64,000 bases of DNA. Source: Basidiobolus meristosporus CBS 931.73. Taxonomy: Eukaryota; Fungi; Basidiobolomycota. A program made the position numbers and the translations under genes. The notes beneath the pieces were generated by a model that worked only from the letters and a program-made list of their open reading frames with translations, was not told where the DNA came from and did no database searches. The first letter of the stretch is position 1; the number at the start of each line of letters is the position of its first letter. Positions 11,641 through 21,964 of this stretch are shown piece after piece. The DNA lies in contig MCFE01000062.1 in NCBI GenBank assembly GCA_002104905.1, positions 128,484 through 192,483 of the forward strand. The letters are read 5' to 3'.

Positions 11641-13738
11641 CATCCAACAACACATTGCTGGACTTGATCAGCTTCTTTGACTTGGTATGGTAGAGCTGTG
11701 TGCCTTACACTCTTTGCAGTAACCCATAAATATGTATTTCACACTTTAAGATTCACTTTGACTGATTCCTGCCGCAATTTCTTGGCATATGCTGGGCACC
11801 CAAATACTCTTAGATATTCTGAACTTGGTATATTTCCATACCATGCCTCAAAAGGAGTATAATCACAAACTATTCTGTTATGGCTCCTATTCTTAAGGTA
11901 TACAGTGGTGGCAACTGATTTTCCGCAAAAGTCATATAACAACTTTTTTAGTTTTGGCTAACCCAAAGCTCTTGAACAGATGTCTGGCTTGCTTCCAAAA
12001 CTTGCATGTGTCATGGCGCTACAAATTTGCTGGGGGATCTACTATTACTTCAGAAGTTAGCAGATCTTTGATCATTTTGTGCAAATAATCAAAACTGATG
12101 TGTCTAAATCTCCTATACTAAAGTACTGGTGTTTCTTCATTTAAGTGACTTACATTGGCTTGCAGATATGATGGAATATAAGTCAACTTGTTTAGATTCT
12201 GATCTCTGAGAGCAAAAGCAATATGGGCACTACTTTTATTAGTGATCTTGCATCCAGAATTGTCAAAACTGTGACTGAGTCCTTCTGCTGTGTCCTTGCT
12301 TACTGATTGTAGGTTCTTGGCTATATCTGGAGCATAAAGTACTTCCTTTAAGGTAAGTGTGTTGCTTCCTTCACTGCTTTGAAGGCTCACTAGAATAGTT
12401 CCTTCTCCTACTGCACCATGTGCTCTGTTGTCACCCACAAAACCTACCTAATTGAAATTTCTTATTATTGGGTAAAAGGTTCTTGTAGTATATAAAGTGT
12501 TGAGATGCTCCTGGGTCAAGATACCATTTCTGCAAATCTCTGTTTGGGGTTGTGTTTAGTGCAGCTATTAATATTCTATCTTCTGTTGTTGCTGCATTTC
12601 ATATTAAGGCTTCTTTTGTTGATTATCTCTCTTTTTGTGGCACCAGTCTGATGTGTGTCCATTCCTTTTGCAGTAGTTGCAAAACAGGTTGCTGTTGCCT
12701 TTAAATGGTATTGAGTAACTACTTTGATGGATATCATTGCTTATTAAAGCATTTTCTTCTTCATTCTTATTGGTATATGATATTCTTTATTCTTTATCCA
12801 GGAGCCATGAATAAATATGCTTTAGGTCAAGTCTTCAGCTCTGGACTCTAGGACTGATATAGCCCTGAGACTTGTCTGTCGGGCTGTTGAGGATGGAAAC
12901 TATCATATCCTCCTTGGTATTTGCAAAGCTCACAGATTCAGACATATCCGCCAAGAGGGTGATTCTGTTAGAAATTTTGTTTCTTCTCATGGCAGCATCT
13001 TTGTAGTAAGGAAGGGTTGGAATTTTTGTCTAAGATATATACTTTTAGCAGCTGAACATGACTGGTGCTATTTACTGATGCCTTCCAAACATTCTTTGCT
13101 GTTTTTGCTCCCAAGCATTGAATCAGCAATTTGTCTTTAACATTAAGGCAAATGCAGTTAAAGGCACTTTGTTCTTTCTTCTGGTACTTTAAGGCTTCCT
13201 CTCCCACACTTTTAGGAGGCCATTCCTCTCCCATGACAATATCCCAGAGGCCTCTTTCTTTTAGCAGCATCTTCAACATCATCTTCCACACTTGGTAGTT
13301 AGATCCATTTAACTTTTCAGCAAAGGATGATATTCCAGTAATAGCAGTGGTAGACAGTGTAGAGAGTGACAGCCTAGGGCTCATAACCTGGTGTAAGAGT
13401 CTTAGAGATATTGGAAGTGATTTGGAGAATAAGTTGATTGTGTGGTTTTCACTTAATGATTGACTGATTGTAAAAGTAGTACTTATACTTTTACATGGTC
13501 TTGGCATAGCAAGTACGTAGAATATGTTCAGGGAAATCATAAAAACATGTGTGCAAAGCTTGGGACTGTTTGGACAACTTATCTAATTTTCATGTTCTGA
13601 GTACCTGATGTTTTTGGTGAGAATATTCTAAGTAAATCCCAACAAAGGATTTGGTTAGTAATCACTAAGATTTGTAGGTAATAATGTAAGTGAGTGAGTT
13701 AGGTGAATATTTAGGTGGAATTACAAACTTTTATAACA
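11640..13738 (-). mobile_element. Ty1/Copia (Ty5-like) element 1: 5' LTR 13389-13738, PBS, gag, CCHC, protease, integrase remnant; RT missing
   Basis: 350-bp LTR; PBS GGTTATGAGCCC (13377-13388); gag EKLNGSNYQVWKMMLKMLLKERGLWDIV; knuckle FCNYCKRNGHTSDWC; LDPGASQH; MGDNRAHGAVGEG; integrase C-term YLKNRS..TPFEAWYG..LRVFGCPAY. Confidence 0.92.
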
Positions 13739-13739
13739 T

Positions 13740-13810
13740 TATGCACTCAGCTGTATACTTGTAGTATAGCTCCTTAAACCCCATAACAAGCTGCTTGCAT
13801 AAGAGCTATA
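13740..13810 (-). mobile_element. Small CACTA-like transposase fragment next to the Copia LTR
   Basis: Translates LLCKQLVMGFKELYYKYTAEC, homologous to LLCEEFVV*FEWLYYKHKAEH at ~6060-6120. Confidence 0.6.
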
Positions 13811-14329
13811 GGTTTGTCAAATTAATAAAGAATGGATAGTATTAACCTGAAAGCTTGAAGCAGTAAAAAGTAACAGTACCAAGCATTGTATCTTATCCCA
13901 GGTATGATATTAGAATTTATTGAGCCAAATTGCACGATGGGTTTTATATCAATCTGGCACTACCCATTTAGACAGGTCTAATATTAATGAGAGTTAGTGT
14001 TATTGTATAATCTTCCATACATTAATTACTTATGGCGCAAGGTATATTCAAAGCCATTATTACTCCGGTATCTGTGAATATTTTCCTGACTTTTAGCTTT
14101 TCCACTTATTCCGTACAAAATATACACCAAGTTGCCTGTTCATTCAACTTCAATATCCAATCCAGAAAAATCACCTTTCAGATTCCAGATTGAACATCTA
14201 TCATATGATTCCTTGGCGGTACAGAAGCGTCTTTGGTCACAGCAAATGGTAAAATGCCCATTGCACTTACCCGGAACACCATTCTGTTTATGATCTCTCT
14301 TGGATGATTTCTGTAACAACGATTTTTAA

Positions 14330-16270
14330 GAATTCACAGGGACCACCTTAGCTATCGCATAAACTAATTAGATCACAGAGTCAAGATCGCTCGCATACGC
14401 GGAAATCAGCTTTTGGACGGGTAACAAATGGCCACCTAGCAATCTGCACATTCAGAATACGCCTGCTTTAGCTGATGGTAACGAACGCGACGAAATGATT
14501 CGTTGCAATAAGCTAGAGAATCGGATGATTCCAGCTGAAATCATTCCTAGCGTGTTACTGCCGTGAATCTCATCCAACTCAATCATATATCCATCTTGGT
14601 GCACCACATTGAATCATCTGTATAAGCATTCTAGGTTGTTAGGTTTGACAACCCTAAAGAGCTTTGAGCGCTGTTAATCGGCACCAGCGGAATAGCCAAT
14701 AAATTGATGCTGATGAGGGTACATCTTCGGCACGCATTTATCGCGGCTTCCCATTTCACAGTGGTTACATTGGTCATCCTTAAAAGCGATGACAAGCTAC
14801 GAACGTAATATGATCCGATGCTACAAAGGTCGTTCGTACAGAGGTACAACCTCCACAAATAGTATGTGATTCAGGAGGAGTGGTTACCTGCATATTGCCA
14901 GAGAGACACCTTTCGAATATGGAATTCCATGGCACCAAAAGTGCTGCATTGCATTCAATGGAACATCCAGTGCTCCGCGATTGAAGTGTAATGGTGTTGC
15001 GTCGAACATCAGTTCCCCAGCAGCCCCCTGGTTCAGATTTCTGTGTTTGTACGGTCAGCTGGGTATTAGTTCATTGTATGGCAATCCGTGGGAATGCACG
15101 AACTTATCTAACACTGCCGAGAGTTTCGTGGCAGGTATTTCATATAAGTTGGAGGGATCCATTAGGATTTTCCAAGTGTGCGCAACCAATCTTGGTGTGT
15201 AACATTCTCCCGGGTGATTGTAACGTTGGGAGTACGTGGTGGTACTGGCACTGAAATTAATTCCATTTTAAGGAACTGAATCAGTGTTTTGTGTAGTTGA
15301 CAGATTCTCAACCATTTCGAGAATTCCTATTCAGAGTATATGGCCAATTGCTCGCCTCACCGTTCAGTGGGTATTTGCAGGCCATGAAAGCAGCTGCGTG
15401 GGAAACTCTCTCGTATCTGTTGATTGTGTACATCAACACAATATAACTAGCAATCTTTAATTGATCGATTAAAAAAACCCCAACCTTTGTGCCACGTAAA
15501 GTTGATGTAATATGGAGAGATTTGGAATGGTGCCCTTTTAAAATTTGCTCTAGCTATCAATTAAACTAACGGCAATCCTTACCTCGGCAACAGGCTTTCT
15601 AAATGTGTCCACATCCACGGATCGGATTCATAATTCAGAGATTTTTGACGTAGTGTTATATTTGCGGTAATAGGTATTATAGCAGCATTCCGAAGTATTC
15701 AAGCAATTTCCGCCGATCAGATTCCTGACCTGATAGTACAGTACTGGGAGTCCTAATGGTTGTTCTCTCTAGGCACCAGCGGGGGCCCTGATTGAGATGC
15801 ATCACTACGTACTTAGATAACCGGTTACACACCAGTGTAGGCGACCTTTACTACCAAATCATGACCATCTAAAATAGATATCAGCCTTCTGTTAGCATTC
15901 TTTGGGTCACAGAGCTTAGACACTCTGTTACTTGGTTCACGGGTACAATAACCGATTGTCCGTCGAAATGCAAGAGCAGCATTGTGCAACATATACCGGA
16001 AACCCCACATCAGCTGGAGCGAATGCTCAACCGACCCAATCTCTCCAGTAATTCAGATGCCCGCACGCCATGCAGCATTGTGATCTACATGTCAACATTC
16101 GACTCAACCTGCTTCGGACCAGATCAGCCATCACATCCCTATCGCCCACAAATATAGGAAATCCCGTTTGAGCAAATCGTCCTTCGAACAATCTATATTT
16201 GGTTCCAGCAACATGGTAAAAAGAATCAGCTTGATCGGATAAACTCGAACCAACTGGTTCATCAAACACT
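14330..16270 (-). pseudogene. Unassigned degenerate coding-like region
   Basis: CpG-normal DNA with protein-like frames broken by isolated stops (e.g. AHTWKILMDPSNLYEIP..ELIPS*PYKH; LECLYR*FNVVHQDGYMIELDEIHG) and plausible splice signals. Family not recognised. Confidence 0.3.
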
Positions 16271-16299
16271 CGATCATTCGATTGTGATTATATTAAGTT

Positions 16300-17560
16300 G
16301 ACCTTTTTTGATCAGACCAAGGGTGAGAAAAATGCCATTTCTGGCAGAAGATACGTGTCAGATCTCCCTGATAGTGATTCACCCAGCAAATCAACTGGAC
16401 AAATGGCCTTTTTGAGTGAAGTGTTCAGGTCACGAACGATTGTAGCTCTTGGCTATGACAGCAACATTACACACCGCCTAGAGAATCGAAGTCTCACATT
16501 TTGCTTCGAGATGCGATATACATCATTCATCTGTACACCCGGTTCTTTACCTATCATGAGGGGATGTTCTCATGAGGTCGAGATTTTTACCTGATGAAGA
16601 GGGCGTAGGCTTCTATAGCCTAATCGGGCAAAACAGGTCACAGACGACAGAGGAGAATCCAGAAGGACAGGTGAGCTTCGTGAACAAGTGTTCCAGTTCC
16701 AGTTGCTTAATATGGACAATGATTTGTCGCAATAGTGACACCACCGATGTACACAGCAGCTGTGGTGGCCTCGCAGAAAAAAACCAAGAACATGACAAAA
16801 CCTCCCCAAGCAATCAAGAGTTTCAGAGCAACGCCTATAAGGGAATTCAATTTAGAGGGGGAATTCAGCTGCACCGGTGATTGCCTGTGATGCATGAGGT
16901 CAATTATCGTCCCCGCGAATGCTTGGAGGGGGTGCTTTATCTTTTCGAAACCCTCTGTAGTCCGGTTTTGGGTTCCAAGATTCACCGGGCACGTAATCCA
17001 GAAGAGGCCCATGGCACCATGTGGTGTGGGTTTTAAAATGAAAATTTGTACTCGATTTCTTCGGGTTGATTAGGCCATGCGTATCGGCATCGATCCATCC
17101 CATCTATTCGAGGTGATTTACTCGGCCCGATAGAACAGGACATGTGCATTATAAGGAACTGCCCCACAACGAATGTGATGCTGATGTGGGTGCAACGGAG
17201 CTTCATTGCTTATTACAGGACATGGCCAAGCCTGATATCGCCAGCTCGACCCAATGTTCACCGCCATGCGGCCACCATCCTAGATACTGATGGATGGCCC
17301 CATGTACCAGCCAGGTACATAGGGAAGACCTGAATGGCGGGCAAGTGAAGTGCACGAAGTCCACTCTTCGTGGAAGCTCGGCGTAATGGCACTCCCATAA
17401 CCGGTTTCTGATCCACCAGAGACAAATGCGCACCATGCTTGATAAACCCGATGGCACAGTGTAATTCAAAACCTGGTTGTTGCCAAATGACAGTTATGCC
17501 GGGTACAAACACCAATGGGTTCATGGAAGATTCGTGAGTAAATCCCTATCTCAATGTGCA
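16300..17560 (+). pseudogene. Unassigned degenerate coding-like region
   Basis: Frames such as HEVNYRPRECLEGVLYLFETL..WCGF*NENLY and GHVHYKELPHNE..PRY*WMAP..DGTV*FKTWLLPNDSYAGYKHQWVHGRF, the latter followed by a GTGAGT donor. Family not recognised. Confidence 0.3.
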
Positions 17561-18098
17561 GGTAGACGAATTGAATTGACTCGGACTGAATGCTTGATGT
17601 GGAATTCATTAAATGATCCCTCTGACTGCCGCAATCCGAAATGGTCAGTACAGATATGCTTAGTTTGGATATTTCGTCGTCAAGATCCAGTACTAGGGAC
17701 CAAGATCGCACCCGAGGATTAAATGCCATTCTTCAGTAGAATTGTCATGACACTTTGCTGATGCGACGTCATTGATTGGCCAGCGATACCCTATAGGAGC
17801 AACGGACACAGTTCTTATTGCTATTAGGAATAGAGTTGATCTATTCCCAAAGCTTATCTGAAATTCAAATGTAGCTATCTTTATAATATGGCTGGTCTAG
17901 CTTTGCAAATGGTGAGAACACAGACATCATATGATTTCTCGCGATGATCATTCGCTCGGTAGGTGGGCGATTTTTTGGCAGGCATGGTTTCCAAAGGTAT
18001 ATATAGGCGATGCTTGCCAGCGAGGATAGCCAACTGCGAAGTAGTCTGTGGATTGACTTTACTACATTTCATTACTTCTTCTTGATAGGTGCATCTCC

Positions 18099-19487
18099 AT
18101 GTCTTCCGCTGATAACTCTTCTTCTGGCAATGGCAAATCAGTAATGGCTAAGGTTTTGATGCCACTGAAGTGGTGCTGGAGACTTCTGAGACGAGTCAAT
18201 CTCACAGCTTGGATATTCATCTCAATGGTAGTGGGTGTGCTGTTGGGATGGTTAGCGCCTGGCTTTTCCGTCAACTTGCAGCCCATCTCCAACGTTTTTC
18301 TGTACATGATCCAATGCTTAATTGTCCCCCTCATATTCTCGACGCTTGCAGTTGGCATTGCTGGTCACGGTGATGATGTCGCGAAAATCGGCAGATTAGC
18401 CCTCAAATCCATCATCTACTTCGAGATCCTAACTGTTTTTGCGCTTGCGTTGGGAACTATCATGGCAAACCTTCTCAAGCCTGGCAAGGGAGTTAGTTTG
18501 GCTGGTGCTGATGCAAGCCAAGGAGAGCAGGTGGCAACCGGAAAGTCCATTACCTGGGAATCCGAACTGTACAGCATTGTCCCCAAGAGCTTCTTTAAGG
18601 CAGCTGTGGACAATGAGGTGCTGCAGATCGTTTTCTGCTCCGTAATGTTTGCTATTGCGATGATCAAAGCCCCTAAGCATGTGAAGCAGCCAATGCTTGT
18701 GTTCCTCACTAGTCTCTCCGAGCTTATGTTTATCGTGACGAAGATCGTGATGAACTTCGCTCCATTGGGTATTGGGGCTTCCCTGGCTTACACTATCGGG
18801 AAAAGCGGTGTCGGCATCCTGGCCACATTGGGCAAGCTTCTCGGATACTTCTATCTCTCGCTCATTGTATTCGTGGTTGTTATCTTGCTACCAAACATCT
18901 TTTTGGCGCGTATCCCACTTAAAGGTTTCATTCAATGCATCGGCCAGCCAACCCTGATTGGTTTCTCGACCGCCTCATCGGAGGCTGCGCTCCCTCTAGC
19001 CATGGAGAACTTGCAGAAATTTGGCGTCCCCCAGAGTATTGTGGCCTTTGTGATGCCTGTTGGATACTCTTTCAATCTGGCCGGAACAACACTGTATCTT
19101 GCCCTGGCATCCATCTTTGCTGCTCAGGCTGGCGGTATCAATATGCCACTGGGGCAACAGGTGGTCATGATGTTCACCCTGATGTTGACATCAAAGGGTG
19201 TAGCAGCTGTTCCACGCGCCTCCCTTGTCATCCTCCTATCCACTCTTCAAAGTTTTGATCTCCCTGTTGAGGCAGTGGCGGTGATTATGGGTGTAGACGC
19301 TCTTATGGACATGGGCCGTACTGCCATCAACATCATTGGCAATTGCCTGGCCACGGTTGTCCTTGCCAAGTGGGAGAATGACTTCGGGAAGCAGATCGAG
19401 GAGGACCGCGTGTCATTCGAACAAGACCTGGAGGAAGGCCATGACCACAAGGAATATGACACCAAAGAACAAGTGTACCACCACTGA
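18099..19487 (+). CDS. Dicarboxylate/amino acid:cation symporter (DAACS/SLC1, GltP/DctA-like), 462 aa, intronless
   Basis: Single ORF with hallmark motifs LIVPLIFSTL, GRLALKSIIYFEI, N(E)VLQIVF, FSTASSEAALP (HP1), VMPVGYSFNLAGT (TM7), LTSKGVAAVPRAS (HP2), GVDALMDMGRTAINIIGN (TM8), VLAKWE. Confidence 0.96.
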   Translation: MSSADNSSSGNGKSVMAKVLMPLKWCWRLLRRVNLTAWIFISMVVGVLLGWLAPGFSVNLQPISNVFLYMIQCLIVPLIFSTLAVGIAGHGDDVAKIGRLALKSIIYFEILTVFALALGTIMANLLKPGKGVSLAGADASQGEQVATGKSITWESELYSIVPKSFFKAAVDNEVLQIVFCSVMFAIAMIKAPKHVKQPMLVFLTSLSELMFIVTKIVMNFAPLGIGASLAYTIGKSGVGILATLGKLLGYFYLSLIVFVVVILLPNIFLARIPLKGFIQCIGQPTLIGFSTASSEAALPLAMENLQKFGVPQSIVAFVMPVGYSFNLAGTTLYLALASIFAAQAGGINMPLGQQVVMMFTLMLTSKGVAAVPRASLVILLSTLQSFDLPVEAVAVIMGVDALMDMGRTAINIIGNCLATVVLAKWENDFGKQIEEDRVSFEQDLEEGHDHKEYDTKEQVYHH

Positions 19488-21615
19488 TCTCATCCAGCGG
19501 TGTTGACGCATTCTCCAGGCGGATCCAAAACGCATCTCACCATCCGGCATTCCCGCCGCCGCCAATCTTTGTACTTAGCCTCTCTCATCCGCTTGTTGAC
19601 CATATGTAATTTATCCAGACTCACTAGAATCTACACGATTGGTGAGTCAGTAGTGAATACAACCCTTAGGTTCGCCAAGCGCAAAATAGCCCTTGTTCTT
19701 TGTAGTTCATTGCATTCTGTCGCAGTAAATAAACACCTATCAAGCCCAGCACTTCATGCATGCCAACCTCCATCCAATGGTCTGGGGGAGCCATTTATCC
19801 ATTGGTATCGTGAGAATGCGGGTCCTTCGGAAACCGGTTTGCCTGCTGCACGTAGATCAGAGCCGATGTGCGCGCTGGTGTGGGGAAGAAATTCGACCCA
19901 GTAGCCCTGCCAAATCAAGACCATAGATACCTGCAGGCTACTCGGACGAGTGAGGCTGCCCATCAAGACGCTTTCTTCTGATGCACTCAAGTCACTCGGC
20001 CGTGGCGACTGAGTAGAACACCAATGCCATTGCATCCGAATAGGTGATAGAGACTTCGCACGAAGATAAGATCTGGCATAATCCCGAATGGAACGCTGCC
20101 GCTATTCTGAAATCTAACCTCGATTAGGGGACTGTGTGTCAGGGGGAATTGAGTGGTTTTCCTCGGTACCCAATACGCCGCCACTATGCGATTCTGATTC
20201 ATGTAGCCTTGCATGAAGAGTTTCTTACTCCGAAGTTGCATATGGCCATACTAGTGGCGGTCGAATTCAAGATTCATGGCAGTGTATCGATCACATCTAA
20301 TCAGCGAAGCGTACGTTGATACGTCGAGGTCAGCGTGTGATTCTTCCTTACTATTAAGCGCATGGTGAGTCAATGGTGGGGGGGGGGCGACTTGGCACCT
20401 TTTGTCCAAGAAACATGACAACTGCGAGATTCATGACACTTGTTATGATTTAGTGAGTAGGCACTTGCTTTCACACCTAAACAGACAGCATCAATTCGCT
20501 CATTTGGCCTGCAAATAGCCGATAGCTGGAAAAAACATCTGCCAGTGCCCAAGACTCAACTGACGAAATTGATTTTTATGCGCCGTCTAGTTGCTGTCTC
20601 GGCCCAGGGTTCAAGCACGATAGCACGATGGAGAATCCCACTGCCATTTCAATCTTGTGACAGGAACTTGCACGTTTACGCATTCACCTGATTTCCACTG
20701 ATGGGGACTTCAGCTCATATGGGCAGTTTGTTGGATTTATCAGAAACGTGATATACAACCTTTCACACTCTTAAACTAACCTGACTGCTCGGATTGAACC
20801 TTTTGCCAATAAGGACTCTTTGAAAACGGAATCCTCATACGGTCAAATGCATTATATGTAGGTTACAAATACTTATGAACAGATCCCAAATTGACAGCTG
20901 GGAAGTGAATTGAACCCTGATGAAGGTGCGGCTTCACTTGTTAGTTTATTGGATTCAAATAATAAAGCTATCTTTTTATAGAACTTGTAGCAGTGCTGAT
21001 ATATCTATTTTGAGGGTGATGCCAGGGCGCAGTTGTCATGTTTAATGGCACTTGAACATGTTGTAAGAGTCTTGGACATATTGGAAGTGCTTTGGAGAGC
21101 AAGTAGATAATGTGGTTTTCACTTAATGATATATTGAATGTAAAAGTAGCATTTATACTTTTACATGATCTTGGCATAACACGCATGTACAATATGCTTA
21201 GAAAGATCTCAAAAACAAGTGTGCAAAGTTTGGGGCTGTTTGGACCACTTTTTTTTTGGTAAGAATATCCCAACAAGGAATTTAGCTAGTACTCACTAAG
21301 ATTTGTAGGTAATGATTGAAGTTACTAAGTTAGGTGAGTATTTAGGCAGTACCACAGCTTTTTACATTACTCCTTCTCATCTAAATGCTCATACTGACTA
21401 GTCCTAATTGTGACCTAAGATATTCAGGTTTGTCTCCTGATGATGGTTTGGTAAATATGTCAGCAAACTTTACATATGAAGGACAGTAAACTGAGTTAAC
21501 TAAGTTATTCTCTATAGCTTCATGTAATAAATCATGCTTAATATCTCTCTGCTTAGTTCTAGCATGAAAAGGAGGGTCTCTACCTAATTGTGTACATCTT
21601 TGATTATCTTAAAAT

Positions 21616-21964
21616 TGCTGTAAAAATCTGTAATTCCACCTAAATACTCACCTAAATTAGTCACTTGGATTATTACCTTCATATCCCAGAGAACACTGAC
21701 CAAATTCCTTGTTGTGATTTACTTAGAGTAATTTCACCAAGATATCAGGTACCCAGAACATGAAAATTCTCAAAGCTGTCCAAACAGCCCCAAACTTTGC
21801 ACTCATGTTCTTGGGACCTGTCTAAATCTATTCTATGTGTTTGTTATGCCAAGACCATGTAACAGTATAAATGCTACTTTTACATTCAATAAATCATTAA
21901 GCAAAAGCCAAATCATCTACTGGTTTTCCCAATCACTTCTAATATCTCCAAGACTCTTACAACA
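21616..21964 (+). repeat. Solo Copia LTR, opposite orientation, inserted in the RNase H of Copia 2
   Basis: TGCTG..CAACA, 349 bp, reverse complement of the 13389-13738 family; flanks AAAAT/ATAAT are a 4-of-5 match for a TSD. Confidence 0.85.

Noticed and set aside
1-14000. Classical Neurospora-type RIP (CpA>TpA)
   Set aside because: CA and TG are plentiful and long TE frames survive; the visible deficit is CG, which fits CpG deamination better. Not formally computed.
14740-15860. Zinc-ADH-like motifs (DGHDLVVKVAYTGV near 15830; CNHCEMGSRDKC near 14760)
   Set aside because: The motifs are ~1.1 kb apart instead of ~55 codons, there is no GHE motif between them, and the first Cys of the lobe is missing. 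Treated as coincidence.
19500-20950. Short ORFs downstream of the transporter
   Set aside because: No recognisable motifs or consistent exon chain; overlapping ORFs on both strands look like background.
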